Source: Clostridia bacterium
GTDB taxonomy: Bacteria > Bacillota > Clostridia > CAKSNL01 > HGM11501
NCBI GenBank assembly: GCA_045545475.1
Contig: JAZQAZ010000010.1
Span: forward strand, 1 to 64,000
Reading direction: 5' to 3'
Length of the DNA stretch: 64,000 bases
This document shows positions 51,535-59,986 of this stretch, in pieces. Within the stretch, counting starts at the first letter, position 1, and the number at the start of each line of letters is the position of its first letter. The notes below the pieces were generated by a model. It saw only the letters and a list, made by a program, of their open reading frames with translations, did no database searches and was not told the origin of the DNA. Position numbers and translations under genes: made by a program.

Positions 51535-54500
51535 ATGAGAATAGAGGACAGATTAATCGGACTTGCTACGGAGTTTAAAAATCAGCATGATAAATTTTTA
51601 AGCTTGGGGATGCAGGCGAAAAGTGTAGAAGATAAATATGATGCTCTTTCGAAAGAAATCAAAATGAAATATGAGCAGAAAAAACGAGCTAAAGAACAGC
51701 TTAAGGAAACCATATATAAGTACTACAGAATCGCCAAAGAAAATACAAGTAATGAGATAAGGGCAAATGATGTGGCTTTAATCCCTGATATAGCGAAAAT
51801 CAATAATCTTGTTAACGAAATTGATATTACAAAAGATGACGATTTGAAAGCAAGAGAAGTTGTCAGTCTGGTAAGTAAATATATATCGTATGTTAACAGA
51901 GAAATTTCGATGCTTGCCGGTGAAGAAAAAGCAGAACAAAGAAAAAATGATGAACTTAAAGCGACCGCCATGAATCGGATGTATGCTGAAAGGCAAAAGT
52001 TGTTGGATGGCTGTAAAAAATATTTAAGCAGCGATAATGTTTTAACCTTAGTGCAATTGCTTGGTCTTATTGAAAAGGAATACGAAATTGGGGCGAATTA
52101 TTTCGCGAATTGGAAACCTGCGACAAAAAAAGTAGATACAATGCTGTACGGATACCGAAAGTATCATGTGGATTGTCCCGCATTTTTGCTTGATGATATG
52201 AGCCGCATATTCGGAAAGCATTTTGATAAGAGCAGAAGTTTGATTGATTTCCCTTGCGGATATGATATGGGTAAAACTAATGTTTTTGATATTGAATATA
52301 CTGACAAAACAGCAGGAGAAGTTGCTGATGGTATAAAATCGTGGATTCTTAATTTGCTGAAATATTATAAGCCGAGCGAATTGAGAGTTACATTAATTGA
52401 TCAAATTCATTATAGTCCCGGCATACTCGGTAAACTTTCTGCACTGATTACTGCAAAGAATAGCCTTATATCCAAGGTTCCGTATGACGAAAATGACTTG
52501 CGTTTGGAAATTGCCAAACTGGCAAATTACTACAGAGACGTTGAAAATCTCATAGGTTATTCCACGGTACGTGAATATAATACAAAGAAAGAAAACGTTA
52601 AAAAAATTCCGGAGCGTTTATTTATTATAAACAGAAATGATCAGGTGAGCACAGGATATGAAAAAGCGGAATTGATGTATATTCTTAACAATGCCGAAAA
52701 GTTTGGAATAACGGTTATTATTATGACTCGCAAAAGAGATATTGAACAAAAAACCAGGAACAGCATTAATTTGCCGAATACTAAATTTATTAAAACTGAT
52801 GCCAACGGAAATCTGTATATATTCGATAATGGCAATTGGATAGCGTTTAGTATTAATAAATTGAGTTGTGACATTCCTGCGGATTTTATTCAAAAGATAT
52901 TGAAAGAAACCACCCCTGTTGAGATTGGAACGAAGTATCCTAAGCGATTTCAGATAACTACGCCGAAAAAATCCATAGGAAAGCACAAAGATATTACAAT
53001 TCCCTTTGCTGTCGACAATAATGATAAGGCTGTGTATTGCAACTTTGATAATGAAAACTTTGCGGCATTTATGATGGGGTCATCTCGCTCGGGTAAAAGT
53101 ACATTGCTTCATGTAATGATTTCGCACCTGGTTATGAATTATCATCCCGATGAATTGGAGCTGTGGTTGGTTGACCTTAAAATGAATGAATTTAGTCTGT
53201 ATGCAAATGTATGCCCTCCGCATCTCAAATATCTTTTGCTTGAAAAGTCACCTGATCTTGTGTATGACCTGCTAGATAAACTTACAGAAGAACTTGAAAA
53301 ACGCAAAATAGTATTTTCAAGAAATGATTGGAAAAAAATTACTGATGTTCCGATTAATGTGTATATGCCGGTGATATTCGTCATTATTGACGAATTTGCA
53401 CAGATGTCCCAGATAATAAAAAACGACAACGGAAGAGGATATGCCGGAGTTCTTGAAAATCTCCTAAGACAAGGCGGCGGTTACGGATTTAAATTTATAT
53501 TTGCCGATCAGACATATACAACCGGTGTGGAAGGATTAACCGATCCTGCAAGGGAACAGATTCAACTTCGTTTTGCATTATATAACAATAACAGAAGCGA
53601 AATTAGACACACATTATATCTTTCGGACAATCAGATAACAACGCAGGTTGATGAATGGATAAGCACAATGCCTGTTTATCATACGCTGTTTAAGTGGAGA
53701 GACGAAAAACAAAAAATACATGTGGACCTGTTAAGGAATATGTATATTGAATCCGACGCAAAAGGGTCGAATAAATATATCAGCGAAGTTATAAACACGG
53801 TGAATTCTAAAATTAAAGCGGTTCCTTACGGTACTGTAACCACAGACAATACATATATATATCGAATGCCCGTATGTATAAATGGAAGCCACCCCAGGAC
53901 TATTCAAAGCTTGTCTCAAGCTTATGCGGAATATGAAAGTCGTCTTAAAGGGAATGGATACTTCCCCGAAGATACATTGATTTATCAGGGTGTTCCGTGT
54001 AGCTTTAATTTAGTTAAACCATTCTTGCTGAAAAACACATCTTCAGAAAATATATTTATAATAAAAGATCGAGCCGGTAAACTCGGATATCAGATGAGCG
54101 TGTTGCTTTCAATATTGAAAAGTTTTATGCGTAATTCAGGAGAAATTGAGGTCTGGGCCCACTACAGATCAGGTTTGTATGCTGAATATGGCTCGCTTTT
54201 GTCAAAAAAGTGTACGGTTATTACAGACCTATTGGGAATTTGCAGAAGAGCAGAAGCAATCAAAAATGATATTTTATCCGGTAAAAAGAGCAACAAAATG
54301 GTCGTAGTGTTAGGGTATGAATACATTTGCGACGAGTTGGAAAACTTAAGCTTACTTCAATCCTATGCAAATAAGAATACCAATCAATCCGTTGTTGATT
54401 CGGATGATGATTTTCCGAAAACAGCCGGGGAGTTAAAAAAATTAGTTGACAATACTCCCGACAAGAATGAAAAAGCAAGAATTATTGCTAAATTTAATCA

Positions 54501-54897
54501 ATATGTCAATAATTACAATAATAAACAGGGTGAAAACATAAACAATAGTCCTAAAGTACCTAGTACTTCACTATCAGACATCAAGGATACAATTAAATTA
54601 CTATTACGCATTGCACCGCAATTTGGAGTTCATTTTACATTTTGCTTCGAGGATACAAGCGGATTTATTAAGTTAAGGATGCCTGAAAACGACATTATAC
54701 ATAAAATATATATGGCAATAGCTCCGGTGGAAGCAAGGGCAATAGGGATGAAGAATGCAGGAACGCTGAGAGAAGGAACAAGCTTGTATTTTAATGGTGC
54801 GGAAGAAGTAACTTTCAGGCCTCATATACACTATGAAGTTCCTTATCCTAAGTGGAAGATAAGCAGTACAGGAGAAGTCGTGGAGGACTTTAAATAA
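51535..54897 (+). CDS. Large FtsK/SpoIIIE-family ATPase (EssC/EccC-like, no TM)
   Basis: Walker A GSSRSGKS (53077-53100), YHPDELELWLVDLK, Walker B IIDEF; degenerate copies before (YYKPSELRVTLID) and after; N-terminal coiled coil. Confidence 0.85.
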   Translation: MRIEDRLIGLATEFKNQHDKFLSLGMQAKSVEDKYDALSKEIKMKYEQKKRAKEQLKETIYKYYRIAKENTSNEIRANDVALIPDIAKINNLVNEIDITKDDDLKAREVVSLVSKYISYVNREISMLAGEEKAEQRKNDELKATAMNRMYAERQKLLDGCKKYLSSDNVLTLVQLLGLIEKEYEIGANYFANWKPATKKVDTMLYGYRKYHVDCPAFLLDDMSRIFGKHFDKSRSLIDFPCGYDMGKTNVFDIEYTDKTAGEVADGIKSWILNLLKYYKPSELRVTLIDQIHYSPGILGKLSALITAKNSLISKVPYDENDLRLEIAKLANYYRDVENLIGYSTVREYNTKKENVKKIPERLFIINRNDQVSTGYEKAELMYILNNAEKFGITVIIMTRKRDIEQKTRNSINLPNTKFIKTDANGNLYIFDNGNWIAFSINKLSCDIPADFIQKILKETTPVEIGTKYPKRFQITTPKKSIGKHKDITIPFAVDNNDKAVYCNFDNENFAAFMMGSSRSGKSTLLHVMISHLVMNYHPDELELWLVDLKMNEFSLYANVCPPHLKYLLLEKSPDLVYDLLDKLTEELEKRKIVFSRNDWKKITDVPINVYMPVIFVIIDEFAQMSQIIKNDNGRGYAGVLENLLRQGGGYGFKFIFADQTYTTGVEGLTDPAREQIQLRFALYNNNRSEIRHTLYLSDNQITTQVDEWISTMPVYHTLFKWRDEKQKIHVDLLRNMYIESDAKGSNKYISEVINTVNSKIKAVPYGTVTTDNTYIYRMPVCINGSHPRTIQSLSQAYAEYESRLKGNGYFPEDTLIYQGVPCSFNLVKPFLLKNTSSENIFIIKDRAGKLGYQMSVLLSILKSFMRNSGEIEVWAHYRSGLYAEYGSLLSKKCTVITDLLGICRRAEAIKNDILSGKKSNKMVVVLGYEYICDELENLSLLQSYANKNTNQSVVDSDDDFPKTAGELKKLVDNTPDKNEKARIIAKFNQYVNNYNNKQGENINNSPKVPSTSLSDIKDTIKLLLRIAPQFGVHFTFCFEDTSGFIKLRMPENDIIHKIYMAIAPVEARAIGMKNAGTLREGTSLYFNGAEEVTFRPHIHYEVPYPKWKISSTGEVVEDFK

Positions 54898-54922
54898 AAA
54901 TTAAAAGAAAGAAGGTAAAAAA

Positions 54923-55180
54923 ATGGCTGTAGAACTTGAATCCTTAATAGCAGTGTCAAGAGCGTTGGAGGAATACGCTGAAAATGTCACTCAAGATATA
55001 GCTAAAATGGCAGATGCAGCAGTTGATTGCCATGATAACATGGAGAAGGACGAATATAGTAAGAAGGCAATAAATAACCTTAAAGGGTGCCTTGAAGAAT
55101 TAAAAAAGGCTACTGTAAAGGCTATTGAAGTGAAAGAAGATATTGATGAATTGATTAAGAAAATACGTAAAGGTATTTAA
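54923..55180 (+). CDS. Small helical-hairpin protein (WXG100-like size)
   Basis: 85 aa, two amphipathic helices, directly after the FtsK gene; no WXG motif. Confidence 0.65.
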   Translation: MAVELESLIAVSRALEEYAENVTQDIAKMADAAVDCHDNMEKDEYSKKAINNLKGCLEELKKATVKAIEVKEDIDELIKKIRKGI

Positions 55181-55201
55181 AAGTTGAAAGAGGCCATAGC
55201 A

Positions 55202-56221
55202 ATGAGAGTTGAAATAAGCGAAAATGGAGCACGGGAATTAGAGGCTTTAGCGTATTATGTTAAAAAGCTGTTTTCCGATATTGAGAACGAATGCATGGTT
55301 CTGAACAATGTTGTTAAAAATACCGAGGGACTCGGCGTTTATGAAGAAAAAATAAAAGATCTGGTTTTAAATGTTGAGCACATAATAAATCTAAATAAAA
55401 ACTCCGTTGAGACTATAGCATCGGCAATTAATGATATAGCTTACGACATACGTGTATTGCTTAATGCACTTGGAGGAGCTGGTGGTATCGGAGTAATGAA
55501 TGTTAAAAATATGGGAATGTCTACAAAGGCCGGACAAGGAGCTGTGCAAACAGCAGCTAACATTATTCCCGATGTTGCTCCGCTTGCATCAACTGCACAG
55601 ACAATCAGAGTGGTTAAAAATGAAGACGGTACAATTTCCAAAGTGTTCGATCATCCGGAAAAATTGGCTATGGCATTAGGGTGCACACAGGGGAATAACA
55701 ACTATGGTATGCTGGGAACTTGCGGACTAGCCAGTACTGCACAGTGGCTGAAAATTATGGGCAGTCGATACACTGAAAATGATGTTGTGGGCTATGCATA
55801 CAACTCAAATCTATGCAGCTCAACCGGTGGCACAAGCATATTTGATATTGTGAAAATTTGGGATGCGTTCGGAATAAGTGCTCAGTATATGTTTAAACCA
55901 AAGCTTTCGGAACTGGCTGATTACATAGAAGAAGGCCGTGCTGTTGTGGTAGGCGTAAACGCCGGAAAGCTATGGGGGATGGATAATCCTGAAGGCTATG
56001 ATTGCTTTTTACATTACGGCGATGGCGGAGCTAATCATGCTATTTCTATAACCAGTGTAATGCGCGATCCGGTTACAGATGCTATACAGGGATTTTATAT
56101 CAGTGATACAGGACGTGGATATGACAGAGACAGGTGTCGTTTTATTTCCTTGTCGGATATGGAATATGCCTTGTATGTCAACAGAGGTTCTGCGTGTATT
56201 TCTAATAAACCCATGTGGTGA
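55202..56221 (+). CDS. LGVY helical hairpin fused to a papain/C39-like peptidase domain (putative effector)
   Basis: N-terminal GLGVYEEKI hairpin, Gly-rich linker, Q...GTCGLAS, NHAISIT, YISDTG. Confidence 0.7.
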   Translation: MRVEISENGARELEALAYYVKKLFSDIENECMVLNNVVKNTEGLGVYEEKIKDLVLNVEHIINLNKNSVETIASAINDIAYDIRVLLNALGGAGGIGVMNVKNMGMSTKAGQGAVQTAANIIPDVAPLASTAQTIRVVKNEDGTISKVFDHPEKLAMALGCTQGNNNYGMLGTCGLASTAQWLKIMGSRYTENDVVGYAYNSNLCSSTGGTSIFDIVKIWDAFGISAQYMFKPKLSELADYIEEGRAVVVGVNAGKLWGMDNPEGYDCFLHYGDGGANHAISITSVMRDPVTDAIQGFYISDTGRGYDRDRCRFISLSDMEYALYVNRGSACISNKPMW

Positions 56222-56234
56222 TGGAGGGGAAGGC

Positions 56235-56708
56235 ATGAACTTAGAAAAATTAATGGAATATATTAATTCGAATTGCAGTGTATATAACATATGCGATAAT
56301 GAATGTTTGTCACTTCCGATGCCTTTGGGTATAAATGGGAAAATGGTTGTATTTACTTATACCGTTACCATGGGAATGCCTGCAATAATCACGGTTACTA
56401 AAAAAATAATATTGGATGCAGAGTCTTACGAAACCGATTTTGAAATCATCCAAAACCCTGATTTATCAGAAAATGAGAGTTATTTAGAAACCTACAAAGA
56501 TTTACCTGTTACAACATCAGCGGATAAAGTGTATGAGGAAAATATGAGATTGTTGCAAAGAATGCTGGAAAGTAATTTTTCGTGCGACCGAACTGCGGAA
56601 TTTGCAAAATATTTTGCGAATGCAATGCCGCAGTCTTTACAATCGGTATATTATTCTGTTATACCTGAGTTTTTTATCGAGATAAGAGGTATTTTAAGTA
56701 AAGGTTAA
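56235..56708 (+). CDS. Hypothetical protein, candidate immunity/partner
   Basis: RBS ggagggg then ATG 14 bp after the peptidase stop; 157 aa; no recognised motif. Confidence 0.55.
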   Translation: MNLEKLMEYINSNCSVYNICDNECLSLPMPLGINGKMVVFTYTVTMGMPAIITVTKKIILDAESYETDFEIIQNPDLSENESYLETYKDLPVTTSADKVYEENMRLLQRMLESNFSCDRTAEFAKYFANAMPQSLQSVYYSVIPEFFIEIRGILSKG

Positions 56709-56712
56709 GAAG

Positions 56713-57081
56713 GTGATAGCTATGGCTAGATATAATATATCAAAGGAAAGCTTGACTTTATTGGACGAGCTGGCTGATAATCTTACAGAGAGCGTAAGTA
56801 ATATCAATATTCAGACATACGAATTATTAAATTTGGTAACAAAACTTGGCGATACACTTGGTGTTTATCAAAAAGGCGTTTTGAAACTTATAAAAGACGT
56901 TATTGCGATTAACGATTCAGCACAGAGTGAAACCAAATATTTGATAGGAACCACCATTCCTGCAATACAGGATAATATAAGATTTCTGTTGAGTCATGAA
57001 CTTGGATCCGGAGAAGAAAGTGATGACGACGAAGACCCGGCAATAAAAAAATTGGTATTAAAACTTCCGAGAAGGATGTAA
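56713..57081 (+). CDS. LGVY helical-hairpin protein with acidic/basic tail
   Basis: GDTLGVYQKGV; tail SGEESDDDEDPAIKKLVLKLPRRM. Confidence 0.7.
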   Translation: MIAMARYNISKESLTLLDELADNLTESVSNINIQTYELLNLVTKLGDTLGVYQKGVLKLIKDVIAINDSAQSETKYLIGTTIPAIQDNIRFLLSHELGSGEESDDDEDPAIKKLVLKLPRRM

Positions 57082-57109
57082 TAGTTAATTTAAAACAGGA
57101 GGAAAAGAG

Positions 57110-57388
57110 ATGACTAAAGTAGATATTAGTGCAAAGGGAATTGAACATTTAGAAAAGCTTAAAGAGGATTTAATAAAAATAAGTAACGAAATTGAAGAAG
57201 AAGGTCAGACACTCAAATCTCTTGTTGTAAGAGAAGGCGACTCTTTAGGAGTTTATGAAGAAAAAATACTTGAGTTAATTGAAGAAATTAAAAAAATTGA
57301 AGAGGTTGGAAGAGAATCCCTTCCTGAATTAAATAAAAAACTGGAAGAAAAAATTGAGGAAATAAAAGATTTGATGAAATATCTTTAA
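57110..57388 (+). CDS. LGVY helical-hairpin protein
   Basis: GDSLGVYEEKI; 92 aa; RBS aggagg. Confidence 0.75.
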   Translation: MTKVDISAKGIEHLEKLKEDLIKISNEIEEEGQTLKSLVVREGDSLGVYEEKILELIEEIKKIEEVGRESLPELNKKLEEKIEEIKDLMKYL

Positions 57389-57418
57389 GCTTATTCTTTG
57401 AAGGGAAGAGGAAACAGA

Positions 57419-58207
57419 GTGGAACCAATAACTAACAGTGTGGTAAAAGAAAGAATTCGTTTGAGAATTGAAGATGAAATCGGAAAAGAAATATATGAAA
57501 TAAATTGTAAGGCAAATGAAGAGATTTATAAACTGAAGCCTAAAAATCTACCTGATCCGATAGGATGGGGATGTCTCGGATTGATTTTAGCTTGCGGGAC
57601 ATTCGGCATAGGCTTTTTAGTTTGTCTGTTAGGATACCATATACATAAAGCTGCGGTTGAAGGGGATAACGAAGCAATCGAAATTAAAAAGAAAAAAATC
57701 AGAGCTGATGCCGACGCGAAGATTGCTAAGCTTAAACAAACTGCTGACCTGAAAACACGTAAGGAAATTCTTGCATATGATACGGATGTTCAACGACATG
57801 TAAAAAGCGCATCGACTAAGACTAAGGAATTAGGGCCTATGGTTGCACATGTTGCAATGATGTTTGAAAGAATGATTTCTCACGCTGATAAAGGAACAAA
57901 TAAGCGATTCATAGAAGCTTACTTTACATTTGAAGTAACTAAGACTATGATTATATATCATTACCAAAGCACATATACAAACAGCAATGACAATTATGAT
58001 TTTGATAAAAATCGTTATAAATTGCTTACTGAAGATGCAGAATGTGAAGCTCTTGCTCAGGTGCTGACCGTTTTATCTACTAAGAAGGTTATAGCGAAAT
58101 ACCCGGCAAATTCGGTTAATATTAATGTGACGCATAATGATGCGAAAGTAACTATACATTTCAAGGCAGCAAATCCTAATTTTATAAACTCCATAAAAAT
58201 TATTTAA
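57419..58207 (+). CDS. Membrane protein with TM hairpin and coiled coil
   Basis: GWGCLGLILACGTFGIGFLVCLLGY hydrophobic segment flanked by coiled coils. Confidence 0.7.
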   Translation: MEPITNSVVKERIRLRIEDEIGKEIYEINCKANEEIYKLKPKNLPDPIGWGCLGLILACGTFGIGFLVCLLGYHIHKAAVEGDNEAIEIKKKKIRADADAKIAKLKQTADLKTRKEILAYDTDVQRHVKSASTKTKELGPMVAHVAMMFERMISHADKGTNKRFIEAYFTFEVTKTMIIYHYQSTYTNSNDNYDFDKNRYKLLTEDAECEALAQVLTVLSTKKVIAKYPANSVNINVTHNDAKVTIHFKAANPNFINSIKII

Positions 58208-58248
58208 GGTAGAGTTTGTTGCGAATATATTTTGAAAAGGTATAATAA

Positions 58249-58288
58249 AAAATAGAGTCTTTCGACATGGCTAGAAAGACTCTATTTT
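58249..58288. promoter_or_regulatory. Perfect 15-bp inverted repeat just after a TTGCGA-16-TATAAT promoter candidate
   Basis: aaaatagagtctttc-N10-gaaagactctatttt; TATAAT at 58241-46. Confidence 0.6.
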
Positions 58289-58350
58289 GGATACCGAGTG
58301 TGTTGGCAATCGGTGTCTGCGTTTACATTTTGGGGAGAGATGGTGTGTTT

Positions 58351-59349
58351 ATGAAGTACAAAATTAAAAAATGTGTTTGGGAATTAACTACTGCATGCAC
58401 AATGAACTGTAAACATTGCGGTTCTAAGGCCGGAAATAAAAGGGACAATGAACTTAAATGGGATGAGGCTAAGAAAGTAGCAGAACAGCTTGTTGAATTA
58501 GGATGCGAAAAGGTTGCCTTAATTGGTGGGGAAGTTACATTGGTTCCATATTGGGCAGAGTTAGCACACTTTTTTTCGGTCAATAGTGTAGTGTGTGATA
58601 TTATAACGAACGGATACCGAAAATCCGAAAAAGATTATGAGCAGATTGCGAAATCTAAGGTACGGGCGGTGGCAATTTCTATTGACGGTTTTAGAGATGT
58701 ACATAATAAAATCAGAGGAAAAGATGATGCCTTTGAAGAATTGGAAAAATTCGTGGATAGATTGAATGAAATGCATATAAAGATAACGGCTATTACAACT
58801 ATAACAAAGGAATGTATCGCCGATTTACCTGAAATTTATAATTGGCTGAAGAGTAAAAAGGTAATTGCGTGGCAATGGCAACAAGTATCTCCGATGGGCA
58901 ATGCCAAGGATAATTTATTGAATTGCCTTTCGAAGGATGACTTACGTGAAGTGATAGATATTTATGAGAAACTGAGCGGGGCGGAAGTATTGCTGTCAAT
59001 GGCAGATAATATAGGTTATTATTATGCATATAAGAATAGATTGTTTCAACAATTTAAAGGTTGTGCGGCGGGATTATGCGTTATAGGTATAGATAGTGTT
59101 GGAAATGTAAAGGGTTGCGAGTCACTGTATGATGATAAGTATATAGAAGGAAATTTGCGAGAAGAAACATTAGCCGACATATGGAACGATGACACAAGAT
59201 TTTCTTATAATCGCAATTTCAGTATAGAATTGATGAGTGGCAATTGTAAAGAGTGTGATGTGAAACACATATGTGCCGGCGGATGCAGAAGCTTTAATGC
59301 ATTTAATGGCGAACTATATAATCATGTGAATTGTATAAAAAATATTTAA
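58351..59349 (+). CDS. Radical SAM/SPASM maturase resembling PlpX-type spliceases
   Basis: VWELTTACTMNCKHCGSKAG, LIGGE, ISIDG...HNKIRG, ADNIGYY, GCAAG...GIDSVGNVKGCESL, CKEC...CAGGC...C. Confidence 0.85.
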   Translation: MKYKIKKCVWELTTACTMNCKHCGSKAGNKRDNELKWDEAKKVAEQLVELGCEKVALIGGEVTLVPYWAELAHFFSVNSVVCDIITNGYRKSEKDYEQIAKSKVRAVAISIDGFRDVHNKIRGKDDAFEELEKFVDRLNEMHIKITAITTITKECIADLPEIYNWLKSKKVIAWQWQQVSPMGNAKDNLLNCLSKDDLREVIDIYEKLSGAEVLLSMADNIGYYYAYKNRLFQQFKGCAAGLCVIGIDSVGNVKGCESLYDDKYIEGNLREETLADIWNDDTRFSYNRNFSIELMSGNCKECDVKHICAGGCRSFNAFNGELYNHVNCIKNI

Positions 59350-59371
59350 AAATAGCGAATGGGGTGTAAAT

Positions 59372-59965
59372 ATGGAACTTAATAAATTGTTGGTCATAGA
59401 AAAACAATATATAGATGCATATTTAAATGCAACTATATTATCTAAAAATTATCTTGAAAAACTTTTAGCTGAGGTAAAAAACTTATCAACAACCATTACC
59501 GAAACAGTGATATATAAAAATATGTTTAACGTGATATCAACAGCTTATGATCTTGTATTGGATATGGAAGAATTATGTAAGAAAGCAGTTTTTATAGAGG
59601 GTGAGATGGCATATCCTGAAAACTATAAGTTTGAAGAGATATCAAATATAGAAAATAAAGTAAATACAGCAGAAAGATATGAATATTTAATGCATGAGCT
59701 ATATAACGCTATGAGAAAAATAGGAACAGAAAGAACTATTTTTGCAGCGATTAATATAGCTGAGGAAAAGGGAAATATTTACATGATAGAGTTAAAAGTT
59801 GCGAAAAATCAAATTGACAGTATGCAATGTAGAGAGTTATACGGTCCTCCAGATTTTGACGATGACTTTGAAAAAAATAGAGATGACATTACGCAGCAGG
59901 CTACAATATACGGTCCTCCGGATTTTGACGATGACTTTGACACTAGCTTTGGTTCTTGGAAATAA
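59372..59965 (+). CDS. Helical protein with duplicated C-terminal xYGPPDFDDDF core (candidate rSAM substrate)
   Basis: Ends CRELYGPPDFDDDFEKNRDDITQQATIYGPPDFDDDFDTSFGSWK; directly downstream of the rSAM gene. Confidence 0.75.
   Translation: MELNKLLVIEKQYIDAYLNATILSKNYLEKLLAEVKNLSTTITETVIYKNMFNVISTAYDLVLDMEELCKKAVFIEGEMAYPENYKFEEISNIENKVNTAERYEYLMHELYNAMRKIGTERTIFAAINIAEEKGNIYMIELKVAKNQIDSMQCRELYGPPDFDDDFEKNRDDITQQATIYGPPDFDDDFDTSFGSWK
59839..59940 (+). repeat. 33-bp direct repeat x2, 69-bp period
   Basis: atacggtcctcc(a/g)gattttgacgatgactttga at 59839-59871 and 59908-59940, one synonymous mismatch. Confidence 0.92.
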
Positions 59966-59986
59966 TCTTAAATACAGGAGTGTGTT

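Noticed and set aside
58267-58350. N-terminal hydrophobic extension (signal-like) on the rSAM in the ORF track
   Set aside because: It starts inside the inverted repeat without an RBS; ATG 58351 follows a purine-rich RBS and gives a normal rSAM start.
59840-59925. YGPPD read as a type VII YxxxD/E secretion signal
   Set aside because: That signal normally sits in a helix, which Gly-Pro-Pro disfavours; the paralogue ends YGTAL without the acid; adjacency to a splicease-like rSAM explains YG better. Not fully excluded.
59839-59940. 33-bp direct repeats with a 36-bp gap resembling a mini-CRISPR array
   Set aside because: Only two copies, in frame inside a CDS with a synonymous difference, not palindromic, and no cas genes in the window.
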